The notes under the pieces are model-generated. The model worked only from the letters and a program-made list of their open reading frames with translations. It made no database searches and was not told where the DNA came from. Both the position numbers and the translations under genes were made by a program. Below are positions 50,314 through 61,619 of a stretch of DNA of 64,000 bases, piece by piece. The stretch spans positions 1-64,000 of the forward strand of contig WELA01001776.1 of the NCBI GenBank assembly GCA_009602735.1, in the 5' to 3' direction. Position 1 is the stretch's first letter. Every line of letters begins with the position of its first letter. Origin of the DNA: Mesotaenium endlicherianum. Its lineage: Eukaryota.

Positions 50314-51832
50314 TGAAATGAATCGACTTACTAAAACGGCGATTAACAATTAATGAAGATCTTTATATCAGCAAGTAATCTTTATGGTATTTTCTGTTGA
50401 TTGATTAAACAGCAAAAGACAACACACTAGCAGTGGACGATACTTGTAAGTCAAATGGTAGTAAACTAGCGTCAATGATGCAATCAGTAAACTCACACAT
50501 AAGCAAGGCTAGGAGACAGTGCGTATCAATGGCTTCTCGCCTTGGATCCAGATCTCTCTCAGTAAGCAGTACAAGAGAGTTGGCCTCGTTTTCGAATGCC
50601 GAACTCGAGAGCAATACCTAGCATATGTACATGGAATGAGTTTACTGTTCAACGGCCAGTGCGATGGCACCGCCTACCCGGGAGTTAACCACGTTGGTAG
50701 GACCTCAGTTCACCAAATCCACCACCATCTCCTATCATCCCGAATCGCCATCCATCCTAAGGATGTCATCTGGCCATTCATCTAGCACACCACACTTAGG
50801 TGCGTATCTAGGCAGTTCGCTGCTACCAAGTATGGAAGTCAGCTGGCTGGCAAAGAATGTGTCAGCAAGCTGACCTAGTAGACTTCAACCTGCTGCCCCC
50901 AGCTGAGTCATTAGACTGATTATTTTATAAAATCCAGTAGACTCAATATTGACTAAAATTTAGCAAGTATTTATTTCACTATTATATTTAAATGAATATC
51001 ATATCAACCAATATACTGATTCATCACAATCCCTCCACCTTAACATGTTGTCGCCTCGACAACACCAACACTAGTAACAGCGTGCTTGTAATGAATCAGT
51101 ATATTAGTAGATATAATATTCATTTAAATGTAATAGTTAATTTAGTTCAGCCTGCTGAACTTTAGTTAGTAGTCAGTCTGCTGAACTTTAGTTAATAATC
51201 AGTCTGCTGGACTTTACACAATTATCAGTTTAATGACTCGGCCAAAAGCAGCAGGCTGGAGTCAACTTAAGTCAGCTTGCTGACACATTCTTTGACAGCC
51301 AGCTGACTTCCGTGCTCGGTAGCAGCGAACTGCCTTGATATGCATCTAAGTACCACCTGCTAGATGAATGGCCAGATGACATCCCCATGATGGATGGCTA
51401 TTCGGGATGATGGGAGATGGCGGTGGATTTGGTTAACCGAGGTCCTACCAACGTGGTTAACTCCCGGGTAGGCGGTGCCATCGCACTGACCGTTGAACAG
51501 TAAACTCATTCCATGTACATATGCTAGGCATTGCTCTCGAGTTCGGCATTCGGAAACGAGGCCAACTCTCTTGTACAGCTTACTGAGAGAGATCTGAATC
51601 CAAGGCGAGAAGCCATTGATACGCACTGTCTTCTAACCTTGCTTATGTATGAGTTTACTGATTTGCATCATTGATGCTAGTTTACTCGCATTTGACTTAC
51701 GAGTATTATTCCCTGCTAGTGTATTGTCCTTTGCCGTTTAACTAGTTAACGGAAATACCATAAAGATTACTTGCTGATATAAAGATCTTTATTAATTGTT
51801 AATCGCCTATTTGGTAAGTCGATTCATTTCAG

Positions 51833-51844
51833 TGGTATCGGAGC
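51833..51844 (+). promoter_or_regulatory. Primer binding site (initiator tRNA-Met type)
   Basis: TGGTATCGGAGC, 1 nt after the LTR end. Confidence 0.9.
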
Positions 51845-51865
51845 AGTTATCACAGTCTTCTTTGT

Positions 51866-53344
51866 ATGGTAAGGACAAGGTCTCAAACTAGCAACTCCCG
51901 AGACATGGAGAACCAGGATAACGAGAATGTCGAAAACCAGGCGGAAAGCCATGTAGCGGGAAACCGTACCTATTCGGAAGCAGTAGCGGATACTGCAGCT
52001 AGGGAGGCAGCAGATGAGGCAGCTGCTATTGCCTCAGTCGCAGCTCAGCAAGCTGAGGAGGAGATAGCCAGACTAGAAGCTGAACAAGTAGCAAAGGCCG
52101 CTGAAGATATACAAAGGAGGGAAGGACAGCCAGCTGACGAGCGCACTGTTGAAGAACTTATGGCATCAAGGGCCAATGTTCTGAACCCACCTCCTGCCGT
52201 ACAACTCAATGTACCCCTAGGTCAAATACGTGACCGGCTGAATGCGGCAGGAATTGCTGCTGCAGGAGCAAGAGGGATTGTTGAGGACACTACTCAGCGA
52301 GTAGATGCCAATGCTGCTGCTGCATTTGCTAATCTACCACCCCAAAATGTAGACTTGGGAGCATTGTTCGTTCAGATGCAGTCGCAAATGGCGACCATGT
52401 ATCAGTCCCAGCAGGAGGACAAAAGAATCATAATGTCCCTACTCCGGGACAGAGACCAACTGGGGTCTCACACCACTAGTGGTGGTGGCCGAGGGCCTAG
52501 TAAGCCCAAGCCGAAACCTCCCCAGGACTATGATCCTGAGGGAAACAGAAAATATTACCTGATCAAGTTTCTCGCGGATGTTGAGCAGTGGCTGGAGAAC
52601 TACCCAGAACTGCAAGATTACGAGAAGGTCAGGCACACCGGTGCGCTACTGAAAGGCAGTGCCGCAGACTGGTGGCTTTACTGGAAGGAAGAGCGTAAGG
52701 CTCGGCAACTCGGTGACCCTACGTGGGTAGAGTTTGTCGAGAAGTTGCATGAGAAGTTTGATGTCATCAACCAGCAGGAGAAAGCTATCTATGCGATGAT
52801 CTCCCTGACACTGAAGCAGACCACTTCAGTTGCTGAGTTTGCTCAAAAGTTCCAAGAGAACATGATGAAGCAGCCTGATTTGCCAGAACGGTATAGGATA
52901 GCATACTTCAGGTATGGCTTGAAATCCGAGGTCTCTGGTCATTTTGCTGAGAAAAAGTATGAGAAACTGGCTGACTTGATCCAGGATGCTGACGCCTGGG
53001 ATCAGCAGCAGTTCAATCACAAGCGCCAGAGTAACGCTTTGGTGTCTAAGATTGTCAAAAAGCCCCACGGTTCCTACAATGCAGTTGAAGGAGACCAGGC
53101 TGAGGATAATCAGGGTGATGAATATGAGTATGAGTACAATGCTATTCAGTCTAGAGGTAGAGGTGGTCCCTCTCGAGGTGGCTATGGAAGGGGTGGTGGT
53201 AGGACTAAGCCGAGACCAGCCTCAGCAAAATCTACTTGCTACCATTGTCAGCAGAAAGGCCACTACAGAGAACAGTGTCCGGTCAAGCACCTGCCTAAGG
53301 TCGAGAGAAAAGACCAGCCTTTAAAAGACAGCAACAGTCAGTAA
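51866..53344 (+). CDS. gag: Gag, 492 aa
   Basis: [22 protein letters not shown]-rich tract and [14 protein letters not shown] knuckle. Confidence 0.96.
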   Translation: MVRTRSQTSNSRDMENQDNENVENQAESHVAGNRTYSEAVADTAAREAADEAAAIASVAAQQAEEEIARLEAEQVAKAAEDIQRREGQPADERTVEELMASRANVLNPPPAVQLNVPLGQIRDRLNAAGIAAAGARGIVEDTTQRVDANAAAAFANLPPQNVDLGALFVQMQSQMATMYQSQQEDKRIIMSLLRDRDQLGSHTTSGGGRGPSKPKPKPPQDYDPEGNRKYYLIKFLADVEQWLENYPELQDYEKVRHTGALLKGSAADWWLYWKEERKARQLGDPTWVEFVEKLHEKFDVINQQEKAIYAMISLTLKQTTSVAEFAQKFQENMMKQPDLPERYRIAYFRYGLKSEVSGHFAEKKYEKLADLIQDADAWDQQQFNHKRQSNALVSKIVKKPHGSYNAVEGDQAEDNQGDEYEYEYNAIQSRGRGGPSRGGYGRGGGRTKPRPASAKSTCYHCQQKGHYREQCPVKHLPKVERKDQPLKDSNSQ

Positions 53345-56300
53345 TCCAGTCTACTGACTGTGAGGATGCTAGAGATAGTGAGTCGTCACTAGCTGCCCTC
53401 GTAGCAGGTATTATGGGTCCTGCTGAACTGGATTCACTATGCATGCCTGACAACCAGATAAAGGAGACCATCAGCAATATAGACGTCCAGAGAGTGCACA
53501 CTCTGGATGCTCTTGTTCCACCTGATGTCCAACATTTCTTTGCTACGTCAGGAGAACAATGCGAAAGTCAGGAAAAGACAGTCCCCCCTATCCTACTGCA
53601 TTGCATGATTGCAGGTAGGAAGGTGAGGGCATTTGTTGACGGAGGGGCGTCACATACTTTTATCCACAAGGACTTAGTTAAGCGGCTAAGGCTGCCTACT
53701 GTCACCCAAGGGAATAGAAAAATATTCCTTGGAGATGCCTCAAGTATCCCGGGAGGAGTTATAACCAAGCCTATTGAGGTCCAGTTAGGTTCTGGCATTG
53801 CAGTTCTAACTGAAACGCTTACATTTGAGGTACTCAACACTGGCTTTTATGATCTCGTGCTAGGCAGGTCCTGGCTTAATAGACATCAAGCTGAAGTGTG
53901 TTGGAGCAGAGGTACAGTTAAAGTGAGAGGAGCCAGTGATGGGCAGACTGACTTGGCACCCACCAGTGCTCTTCCTCTTGTCCTGTGTGGATGGCAAATG
54001 AAGGAAAAGAAGAGGCTTCCAGAAGGATGCAAGTTGCTGAATGCAATGGAGTTCGTCAAAAGCTGGAACCAGAAGGAAGACAGAATGTTCTGTCTGCTGC
54101 TAAGAGAGGTACCTCCTCAACCTGAAGAAGTGGTTGAGAAAAAGGTACACCCTCCGGAACACCCTACTGCTGCAAACATTGTTGCTCAGTACACGGATGT
54201 GTTTAATATGCCTCCAGGACTACCCCCTAAGCGGGAAGTAGATCATAGGATTGATTTATTACCTGGTAGCCAGCCACCCTGGCAACGCACGTATGGCTTG
54301 TCTTATTTGGAGAGTGAGGAGTTGAAAACACAGATTGCAGAGCTGGAGGAAAATGGTTACATTTCTCCCAGTAAATCACCGTACGGCGCACCTATCCTAT
54401 TTGTTAAGAAAAAGGATGGCAGTATGCGGATGTGTGTGGATTACAGAGCCCTGAACAGAATTACAGTAAAGAACAAGTATGCTTTACCCAGAATCGAGGA
54501 CTTGCTTGATACCCTGTCTGGCGCTAAGGTGTTCAGTAAGATAGATCTCAAGAGTGGTTATCATCAAATCAGAATTGCTGAGGGGGATGAACACAAGACT
54601 GCTTTCCGCACACGTTATGGACACTATGAGTTCAACGTGATGCCATTTGGACTGACTAATGCTCCTGCTACCTTTATGGGTGCTATGAATGACATTTTCA
54701 GACCTTATTTGGATAAGTTTGTGCAAGTTTTCCTGGATGATATTTTAATTTTCTCTAAAGATGAAGCTCAGCACACTGAACACTTAAAGAAAGTGCTGGA
54801 CACTCTGCGGAAAAATCACTTGTATGCTAAAATGAGCAAGTGTGATTTCTTTAAGGAAAGTATTGAATTCTTAGGCCACGTTGTCAGTAAAGAGGGCATC
54901 AGTGTGGATCCTAAGAAAGTCCAGACCATAAGGGACTGGCCAGTACCACAGTCTGTCTCTGAAGTTAGATCCTTCCTCGGGTTGGCTAACTACTATAGGA
55001 GATTTATTGAGAATTATTCCACAAAGGCCAGTAAACTGACTGACCTTACTAAGAAAGACATCGGGTATGTGTGGGGGGAAGAGCAGCAGGCTGCCTTCCA
55101 GACCCTTAAAGATGCCCTTTGTTCTGCCCCAGTGCTAGCCGTGTATGACCCCAGCAAACCGGTGCAGGTGGTTACTGATGCCTCTGATTTTGCCATGGGT
55201 GCTATTTTGTTGCAGCCTGCTGACAAAACCACAAAGGATGGTAAGGTACGGCAGGAGTGGCATCCTGTGTTGTATGAGTCTATGAAATTTAATCCAGCGG
55301 AGATTAATTACTCAGTGCATGATAAAGAGCTGCTAGCTATCATTCATGTACTCAAACAGTGGAGAGCATACTTACATGGTAAAGCTTTTAAGGTGATTAC
55401 AGATCATCTAGCTCTGACCCACTTTCAGAAGAAGTCCAAGCTGTCGAGGAGGGAGAACCGCTGGAGCCAGATGCTGGAGCAGTTCCAAGTCCAGATCGAC
55501 TACAAACCAGGGAAGTTGAATCCTGCTGATGCACTCTCTAGAAGACCTGACTTGCAAGAAAGGAACTTTAGTCAGCATGCTGTAGATAAAGTCCTGTGTG
55601 CACTCACTTCACTAAAGGTGAAAAAGTCCTTCCTTGAACAACTTAGGAAAGCCTACCTTTCTGACCCAACATTTGAGCCCAGCCCCACTACTGGTGTGTG
55701 TCGTGCTACTGCACTCGGGTATAAGCTCAAGGGAGGGGTCTGGGTGACTGAAACCACTTCAGGCAGGCTGAAGCTGGTCATTCCTAATAATTTGGAAATA
55801 AGGTCTCTCTTACTGAGTCAAGCTCATGACAGTCTCCTGGGTGGACATTTGGGGCAGGCCAAAACTGTTGGCAAACTGGCAAAACATTATCATTGGGAGC
55901 AGTTACCCCGGGAGGTCTTGAAATATGTCAAGTCCTGTGACCAGTGTCAGAGAAATAAGTCTCGGCACACACCACCCGGAGGTCTCTTGCAACCGCTACC
56001 CATCCCAGCGGGACGTTGGGAAACTATATCCATGGACTGGGTGGTCTCACTACCACGAACGGCCAACGGGCATGATTCATTACTGGTAGTCGTGGATAAA
56101 TTGACAAAAATGGTCATTTTTATACCCACAACTGTCAAAGTAACTGCACTCGAAACAGCGAGACAGTTTTACAACCATGTAGTTTGCCAACATGGGCTCC
56201 CTTCTAATATCATCTCAGACAGAGACTCAAAATTCACCTCTAAGTTCTGGAGAGCTTTAATGGGGTTAATGGGAGTCAAACAGCTGCTCAGCACAGCAAA

Positions 56301-57129
56301 CCACCCTCAGACTGATGGGCAGACTGAAAGAACTAACCGAGTTCTGCAGGAGGTGCTGAGAGCATATATTAACCAAAAACAAGATAATTGGGATGACCTG
56401 TTGCCTCAAATTCAGTTTGCGGTCAACAGTGCGGTGCACGCGTCAACGGGCAAAACTCCTTTTGAACTCAGCCTGGGTAGAGTCCCTAAGTCCCCTCTAG
56501 ATGTGCTAAGGGAATCTTTAACTCACCTTCAAGGGATTGACAACCCGGTCTCCCTCCAGTTAACTCAGGAGTTTGCTGACACCCTGTCAGAAGTCCAACG
56601 AAACTTGCACACGGCCCAAGAAAACCAACAAAAATACGCTAATCAACACCGTCGGGAACTGACATTTTCCAAGGGGGATTTAGTCAAACTGCATTCTCAA
56701 CACCTGTACCTCCCTGGTGTGGTCAAGAAAAAGCTTGGCCCTGTCTGGGTCGGTCCATATTCGGTGGTCCGTCGTGTCGGTCAGAATGCTTACAAACTGA
56801 ACATGTCAGCTGAATACAAGGGGCACCCGGTCTTTAATGTCTCCTTCCTGGAACCGTACATCAAAGGTGATACACTGTTCACAGGTCGGTTCCCTGTCCA
56901 ACCGGGACCGGTCCCCGCTGTCCGGGACGGCGACCCTGAGGAATATGAGGTCGATGAGATTTTAGACGCTCGCTCGGTCCGTCGATCGTCTAAATATGTC
57001 ATGAAATACCTCATTCGATGGAAGGGTTACGATGCCTCTGGGGACACTTGGGAGTTTAAGGACCACTTGACCAATGCCAAAGGGGCGTTGACACGGTTCC
57101 ACCTTCGGGCCGCTGGAGTCCCTCCATAA
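53320..57129 (+). CDS. pol: Pol (PR-RT-RH-INT-chromodomain), probably made by -1 frameshift from gag
   Basis: Frame open from 53320; VDGGAS, FLDD, TDAS...[25 protein letters not shown]...YLIRWKGY...TWE. Confidence 0.96.
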   Translation, partial: FKRQQQSVIQSTDCEDARDSESSLAALVAGIMGPAELDSLCMPDNQIKETISNIDVQRVHTLDALVPPDVQHFFATSGEQCESQEKTVPPILLHCMIAGRKVRAFVDGGASHTFIHKDLVKRLRLPTVTQGNRKIFLGDASSIPGGVITKPIEVQLGSGIAVLTETLTFEVLNTGFYDLVLGRSWLNRHQAEVCWSRGTVKVRGASDGQTDLAPTSALPLVLCGWQMKEKKRLPEGCKLLNAMEFVKSWNQKEDRMFCLLLREVPPQPEEVVEKKVHPPEHPTAANIVAQYTDVFNMPPGLPPKREVDHRIDLLPGSQPPWQRTYGLSYLESEELKTQIAELEENGYISPSKSPYGAPILFVKKKDGSMRMCVDYRALNRITVKNKYALPRIEDLLDTLSGAKVFSKIDLKSGYHQIRIAEGDEHKTAFRTRYGHYEFNVMPFGLTNAPATFMGAMNDIFRPYLDKFVQVFLDDILIFSKDEAQHTEHLKKVLDTLRKNHLYAKMSKCDFFKESIEFLGHVVSKEGISVDPKKVQTIRDWPVPQSVSEVRSFLGLANYYRRFIENYSTKASKLTDLTKKDIGYVWGEEQQAAFQTLKDALCSAPVLAVYDPSKPVQVVTDASDFAMGAILLQPADKTTKDGKVRQEWHPVLYESMKFNPAEINYSVHDKELLAIIHVLKQWRAYLHGKAFKVITDHLALTHFQKKSKLSRRENRWSQMLEQFQVQIDYKPGKLNPADALSRRPDLQERNFSQHAVDKVLCALTSLKVKKSFLEQLRKAYLSDPTFEPSPTTGVCRATALGYKLKGGVWVTETTSGRLKLVIPNNLEIRSLLLSQAHDSLLGGHLGQAKTVGKLAKHYHWEQLPREVLKYVKSCDQCQRNKSRHTPPGGLLQPLPIPAGRWETISMDWVVSLPRTANGHDSLLVVVDKLTKMVIFIPTTVKVTALETARQFYNHVVCQHGLPSNIISDRDSKFTSKFWRALMGLMGVKQLLSTANHPQTDGQTERTNRVLQEVLRAYINQKQDNWDDLLPQIQFAVNSAVHASTGKTPFELSLGRVPKSPLDVLRESLTHLQGIDNPVSLQLTQEFADTLSEVQRNLHTAQENQQKYANQHRRELTFSKGDLVKLHSQHLYLPGVVKKKLGPVWVGPYSVVRRVGQNAYKLNMSAEYKGHPVFNVSFLEPYIKGDTLFTGRFPVQPGPVPAVRDGDPEEYEVDEILDARSVRRSSKYVMKYLIRWKGYDASGDTWEFKDHLTNAKGALTRFHLRAAGVPP

Positions 57130-57292
57130 CTGTCATTTCAGTTGACACGGGAAGGTGACAGGCGGTCCTGTCTCCATTTAAGTTGGAGGGGAAAATATAT
57201 GACAGTTAGTGAGCGAGAGCGATAAAAACACACTCATACGTTTATGTGTAGCGCATCGCAACTACGTCAACTTTTAGCAATCATCCTGTAAG

Positions 57293-57395
57293 GTAAACAG
57301 CAGCGAAGCCACTATACTAAATACTAACATACTTCCTGCAATCCCTATGACAAAGGTCCATATCCTACTAACTTGTGCCCTGGTTACATGTGCAG
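57293..57395 (+). other. Putative 5'-UTR intron of the accessory ORF
   Basis: AAG|GTAAAC donor, TACTAAC branch point at 57366-57372, GCAG|G acceptor 1 nt before the ATG; equivalents in the other two copies. Confidence 0.65.
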
Positions 57396-57396
57396 G

Positions 57397-59073
57397 ATGG
57401 CGCCCACCACACAAAAGGAGGACAGAAAGCGCAAGGCAGAAGAAGCCAGGAGGACAATGGAGCAATACCAGAAGGAGCTGGCGGCGACGTCCCTCACCAG
57501 GAGAGAACAAGAAAGGGTCCGCAAACAACAAGAGGCGGCAGAAGAGGCACAGAGGAAGAAGGATCAGGAAGCGGAAAACCTCAGGAAGGCTGAGGAGGAG
57601 AGACAGAAGAAACAGCAAGAAGAAGCGGCAGCGGCAGAAGAGGAGAAAAGAAAAAAGATTGAAGCGGACAGACAGAAGAGCTTGGCCACTTACAGGTATA
57701 CTGTGGTGGGTGGCCAAAACTTCGATAACCTGAAGGAAGCATTGCTGGCAGCCCAGGAGATCAACAGGCTGGAACAGACAACACTGCTACAGAAGGAAGG
57801 AGCTACAGCACTGGACAGGTACATCGAGACACACACCGGCGTGGTCCTTTACGAAGATTATGCTAAGATGGTGGGCTATACAGCAGAGCAGGCCCGGTAT
57901 CTCGCAGATGATTCAGAGGACAAGCCGGTCCCCATACCGGGAATAGTGGGAGATCAGAGACTCATCCGGATGGTGAGCATGCGGCCCGATAGCTTTAAGG
58001 ATACGGTATTCTACCTCACACTCCTGCCAGCTTACAATGAAGTTGAGAGAAGGAGCTGGGAGTACTTGGCCAGGGAAGCAGGACAGCAGATGTTCTCTCC
58101 CCACTGGTTCCCGTGTAAACTGAGGAAGGCTGAGCACGGACCCCAGTACTACCAGCAGCCAACAGACTGGAGGTGGATGACCGTCACAAATAAGAAGCAG
58201 GAGTGTGACCGAGCCCAACCGGATGACTTCCACTATGGCCTAGACGGCTATCTCATCCTACCACCTCACATTGCCCCTTGGGACCCCAGGCTGAATGGAT
58301 GCCTGAGCAATATGAATGCAGAGACCAAGGAACATAGGAGGAGGGGAAGAGACTACTTCTCTAAGGGAAAGCATGCCTTTGTCAAATGGGCAAAGAATGC
58401 AGGCCGGATAGATATCAGTAGGCTGAAGGCCAAGCAACCTCCAGCGCGCCCTAAGAAAGGGAGGTCGGTAGACTACTCCATGTCTACTAGGGAGCAGGAC
58501 GACTTAGTGGACGAGACCCCTACTCTCTCCGAGGAGGAGGATGAGGAGGCTGAGGAAGAAGAACAGGGCAGAGGAGAAGCATCAGCAGCAGGTACTCAGG
58601 ATACCCAGGGACAGGTAGGGGCGCTTCTTAAAGAACCACGATCAGGTGTTTGGAATGTGATCCCCGTTATGGCGACTACTGGACCCCGCGCTCGCTCCCA
58701 CAGCCCACCTGCCCAAGCAGGGGAAGAAGCTGATCTGACTGTATTGGGCAGCAGACACAGGCAGAAATCCCCAGAGGACAGGGGTGCCAGAAGAGGGACA
58801 CGCGGGTGGGCCAGAGGTATGCCAGCCTCCCCCTCCGCTCAGGGGCATGTACCTCTAGCCAATGTATTTCAGCATCCTACTGGAATGCCTGTCTATGTGG
58901 GCATCAACACCCAAGTGGTTGAAGAGCAGGCTACCATCCTTCGTTCTCCTCGAGGTCCAACTTTAGAGCAAACCGGGTTCTTTAGAAGGCCAGCTGACAG
59001 ACCTAGAGGGCTGTCCAGATCTAGGTCCAGATCTCCGTCCCCTGATCCTGAAGCCCCAGGAACCACCCCTTAA
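57397..59073 (+). CDS. Accessory protein of unknown function, 558 aa (coiled-coil N-terminus, conserved globular core, acidic and RS/SP-rich tail)
   Basis: Intact sense ORF between pol and the PPT; homologues at 31639-33263 and 59963-61619; the ATG in GCAGGATG is conserved in all three. Confidence 0.9.
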   Translation: MAPTTQKEDRKRKAEEARRTMEQYQKELAATSLTRREQERVRKQQEAAEEAQRKKDQEAENLRKAEEERQKKQQEEAAAAEEEKRKKIEADRQKSLATYRYTVVGGQNFDNLKEALLAAQEINRLEQTTLLQKEGATALDRYIETHTGVVLYEDYAKMVGYTAEQARYLADDSEDKPVPIPGIVGDQRLIRMVSMRPDSFKDTVFYLTLLPAYNEVERRSWEYLAREAGQQMFSPHWFPCKLRKAEHGPQYYQQPTDWRWMTVTNKKQECDRAQPDDFHYGLDGYLILPPHIAPWDPRLNGCLSNMNAETKEHRRRGRDYFSKGKHAFVKWAKNAGRIDISRLKAKQPPARPKKGRSVDYSMSTREQDDLVDETPTLSEEEDEEAEEEEQGRGEASAAGTQDTQGQVGALLKEPRSGVWNVIPVMATTGPRARSHSPPAQAGEEADLTVLGSRHRQKSPEDRGARRGTRGWARGMPASPSAQGHVPLANVFQHPTGMPVYVGINTQVVEEQATILRSPRGPTLEQTGFFRRPADRPRGLSRSRSRSPSPDPEAPGTTP

Positions 59074-59962
59074 GGTGACAGGCTGAAAAGATAGTCAGTA
59101 AGGGAGGCTGGTCAGGGTCAGTTTCCTTATTTAAAGCTTTTGCAGTTTAATGTTGTCGAGGCGACAACAAGTTAAGTTGGAGGGATTGTAATGAATCAGT
59201 ATATTAGTAGATATAATATTCATTTAAATATAATAGTTAATTTAGTTCAGCCTGCTGAACTTTAGTTAGTAGTCAGCCTGCTGAACTTTAGTTAATAATC
59301 AGTCTGCTGGACTTTACATAATTATCAGTTTAATGACTCGGCCGAAAGCAGCAGGCTGAAGTCAACTTAAGTCAGCTTGCTGACACATTCTTTGACAGCC
59401 AGCTGACTTCCGTACTCGGTAGCAGCGAACTGCCTCGATATGCATCTAAGTGTGATATGCTAGATGAATGGCCAGATGACATCCCTATGATGGATGGCTA
59501 TTCGGGATGATGGGAGATGGCGGTGGATTTGGTTAACCGAGGTCCTACCAACGTGGTTAACTCCCGGGTAGGCGGTGCCATCGCACTGACCGTTGAACAG
59601 TAAACTCATTCCATGTACATATGCTAGGCATTGCTCTCGAGTTCGGCATTCGGAAACGAGGCCAACTCTCTTGTACAGCTTACTGAGAGACATCTGAATC
59701 CAAGGCGAGAGCCATTGATACGCACTGTCTTCTAACCTTGCTTATGTATGAGTTTACTGATTTGCATTATTGATGCTAGTTTACTCTCATTTGACTGACG
59801 AGTAGTATTCCCTGCTAGTGTATTGTCCTTTGCCGTCTAACGAGTTAACGGAAATACCATAAAGATTACTTGCTGATATAAAGATCTTTATTAATTGTCA
59901 ATCGCCTGTTTGGTAAGTCGATTCATTTCAGTGCTGTCCCTTCCGCCTCCAGCCTACTGCCA

Positions 59963-61619
59963 TTAGGAGGGAGATGTCCTTGGGGCCCTATACTCAGGGG
60001 AGCCAGACCTCGTCTTGTCTTGGGGTCTCCTGAAGCCTGGGGGATCCGCGTAGGGGCCTCGCGGAGAACGCAGTAACTGGGCTGTTTCCTCCGGCGCAGT
60101 CTGAAACTGAATGTAGGTAGCCTTCTCCTAGGCAGCCCTCATACTGTCAGGTACATATATCGGCATCCCAAAAGAATGTTGCATGACATGAGCCAAGGGC
60201 ACATGCCCTCTCTGCGAGGGAGATGCTGGCAGGCCTCTGGCTATCTCTCTAGCAGCCCTCCTGTCTGCCCTGTCTGACTGGGTCTCCGTGCCTGCTGATG
60301 AGCTCTGTCCTCTGGCCGTTCCCAGCCAAGTGATATCCTCCTCTTCAGCTAGCTGTTGCAAGGCCAATCCAGTCTTCTCCCTTACAGGGGATGTGGCAGG
60401 TGTCACGATCACAGCGGGGCTCATGTCCTCCTCCTTGCCTTCCTCTTCTTCTTCCTCTGATCCCTCCTCCTCTCCTTCCCTTGATTCCTCTGAGACTGCT
60501 GGAGTCTCTTCTATCAGAAGCTCTAGCTCTTCCCAAGAAAAAGAATATCCCACTGACCTTCCCCTTTTGGGTGCTGGTGGAGGCTGTTGAGTCCAGACCG
60601 CATATAGGTCCTTTTCTCCCTGCTTTGCCCATTTGGCATAAGCATGCTTTCCTCTAGAGAATGACTCACGAACCCTGCTCCTGTCCTCCTGCATTTCTCG
60701 GCTCATGCAGTCTCTTACTCCATCCAGTTTTGGGTCCCAAGCGGCAATATGAGGAGGCAACACTATGTTCCCCCGTAGGTCCGTTAGGAAGTCTTCCTCC
60801 CTTGCCTTGTCATTTTTGCTGGTCCCTCATGTTGATGGTCATCCACCGCCAATTGGTGGGCTTCTGGAAGAAGGCAGGGTCTGTCCTTTTAAGAGTACAA
60901 GGGTACCAGTGCCCTGCAAAGTCCAGCTGACTGGTTTCTCTTGCCAAAAATTCCCAGCTTCTTCTCTCCACCTCATTATACATGACCTTGAACCTGTTGT
61001 GGGATGTAGAGTCCTTAAAGCTGTCCGCGCCCATGGAGATCATCCTGATGACCCTATCTTTCCCCTAGATACTCGGAATCGATACAGCTCCTGTTTCTTT
61101 CATTTGGGCCATTGCCTTGGCCTTTTTGATCGTACATCCTACCATCCTGGCATAATCGTGGTAGAGGAAGAGTCCTGTGCTGACCTCTATATACTTGTCG
61201 AAGTTTTCAGATGTCTCCCCTTCCCTCTGGAGGATGTCCTGCTGTGCTTCACTGCGAATTCTCTGGGCATACTTGAAGGCCTCCTCCAGTAGATCAAAGC
61301 CCTTGCCCAGCACTGTGTAGCGGTAGCTGCTGATTCTCCTCTGTTCTTCTTCGTCAGCCTGCTGCTTCTGCCTCTCTTCAGCTTGCCTCTCCTCTTCCAC
61401 CTTCTTGGCCTCCTCTGCAGCTTTTCTTTCCAGTTCTTTCTGCCTCAGCCTGGCCTGCTCCTCCTCCTCCTTCTTCTTCTGTGCCTCCCGCTGTTGTTGG
61501 AGTTGTTGTGATTCCCGAGCGGAGATGGAGGATAATTCGATGTCGCCATAAAACTGCAAGTATTTTGCGTGTGCCTCTTCCGCTCTTCTCTTCCTCTTAA
61601 GCTCTAACTTCTGAGTCAT
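59963..61619 (-). pseudogene. Family-D accessory ORF, copy 3 (stops and a frameshift)
   Basis: YRYTVLG, LYHDYARMVG, DSFKD, YNEVERRSWEFLARE, HWYPC, WRWMT, LPPHIAAWDPKL, FSRGKHAY, ASPSQRGHVPLA. Confidence 0.88.

Larger units (their letters stand above)
51087..59930 (+). mobile_element. Family-D chromovirus copy D2, apparently intact, with an extra ORF
   Basis: LTRs 51087-51831 and 59187-59930 near-identical; TSD GTGCT; PBS 51833-51844; PPT 59169-59186; three uninterrupted ORFs. Confidence 0.98.

Noticed and set aside
51087..51831. Retrozyme/hammerhead ribozyme in the D LTR
   Set aside because: I found no CUGANGA...GAAA core with proper stems by eye; an Infernal search would be needed to exclude other ribozymes.
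57397..59073. Accessory ORF as an env gene
   Set aside because: The position is env-like, but the protein is hydrophilic with no signal peptide or transmembrane segment.
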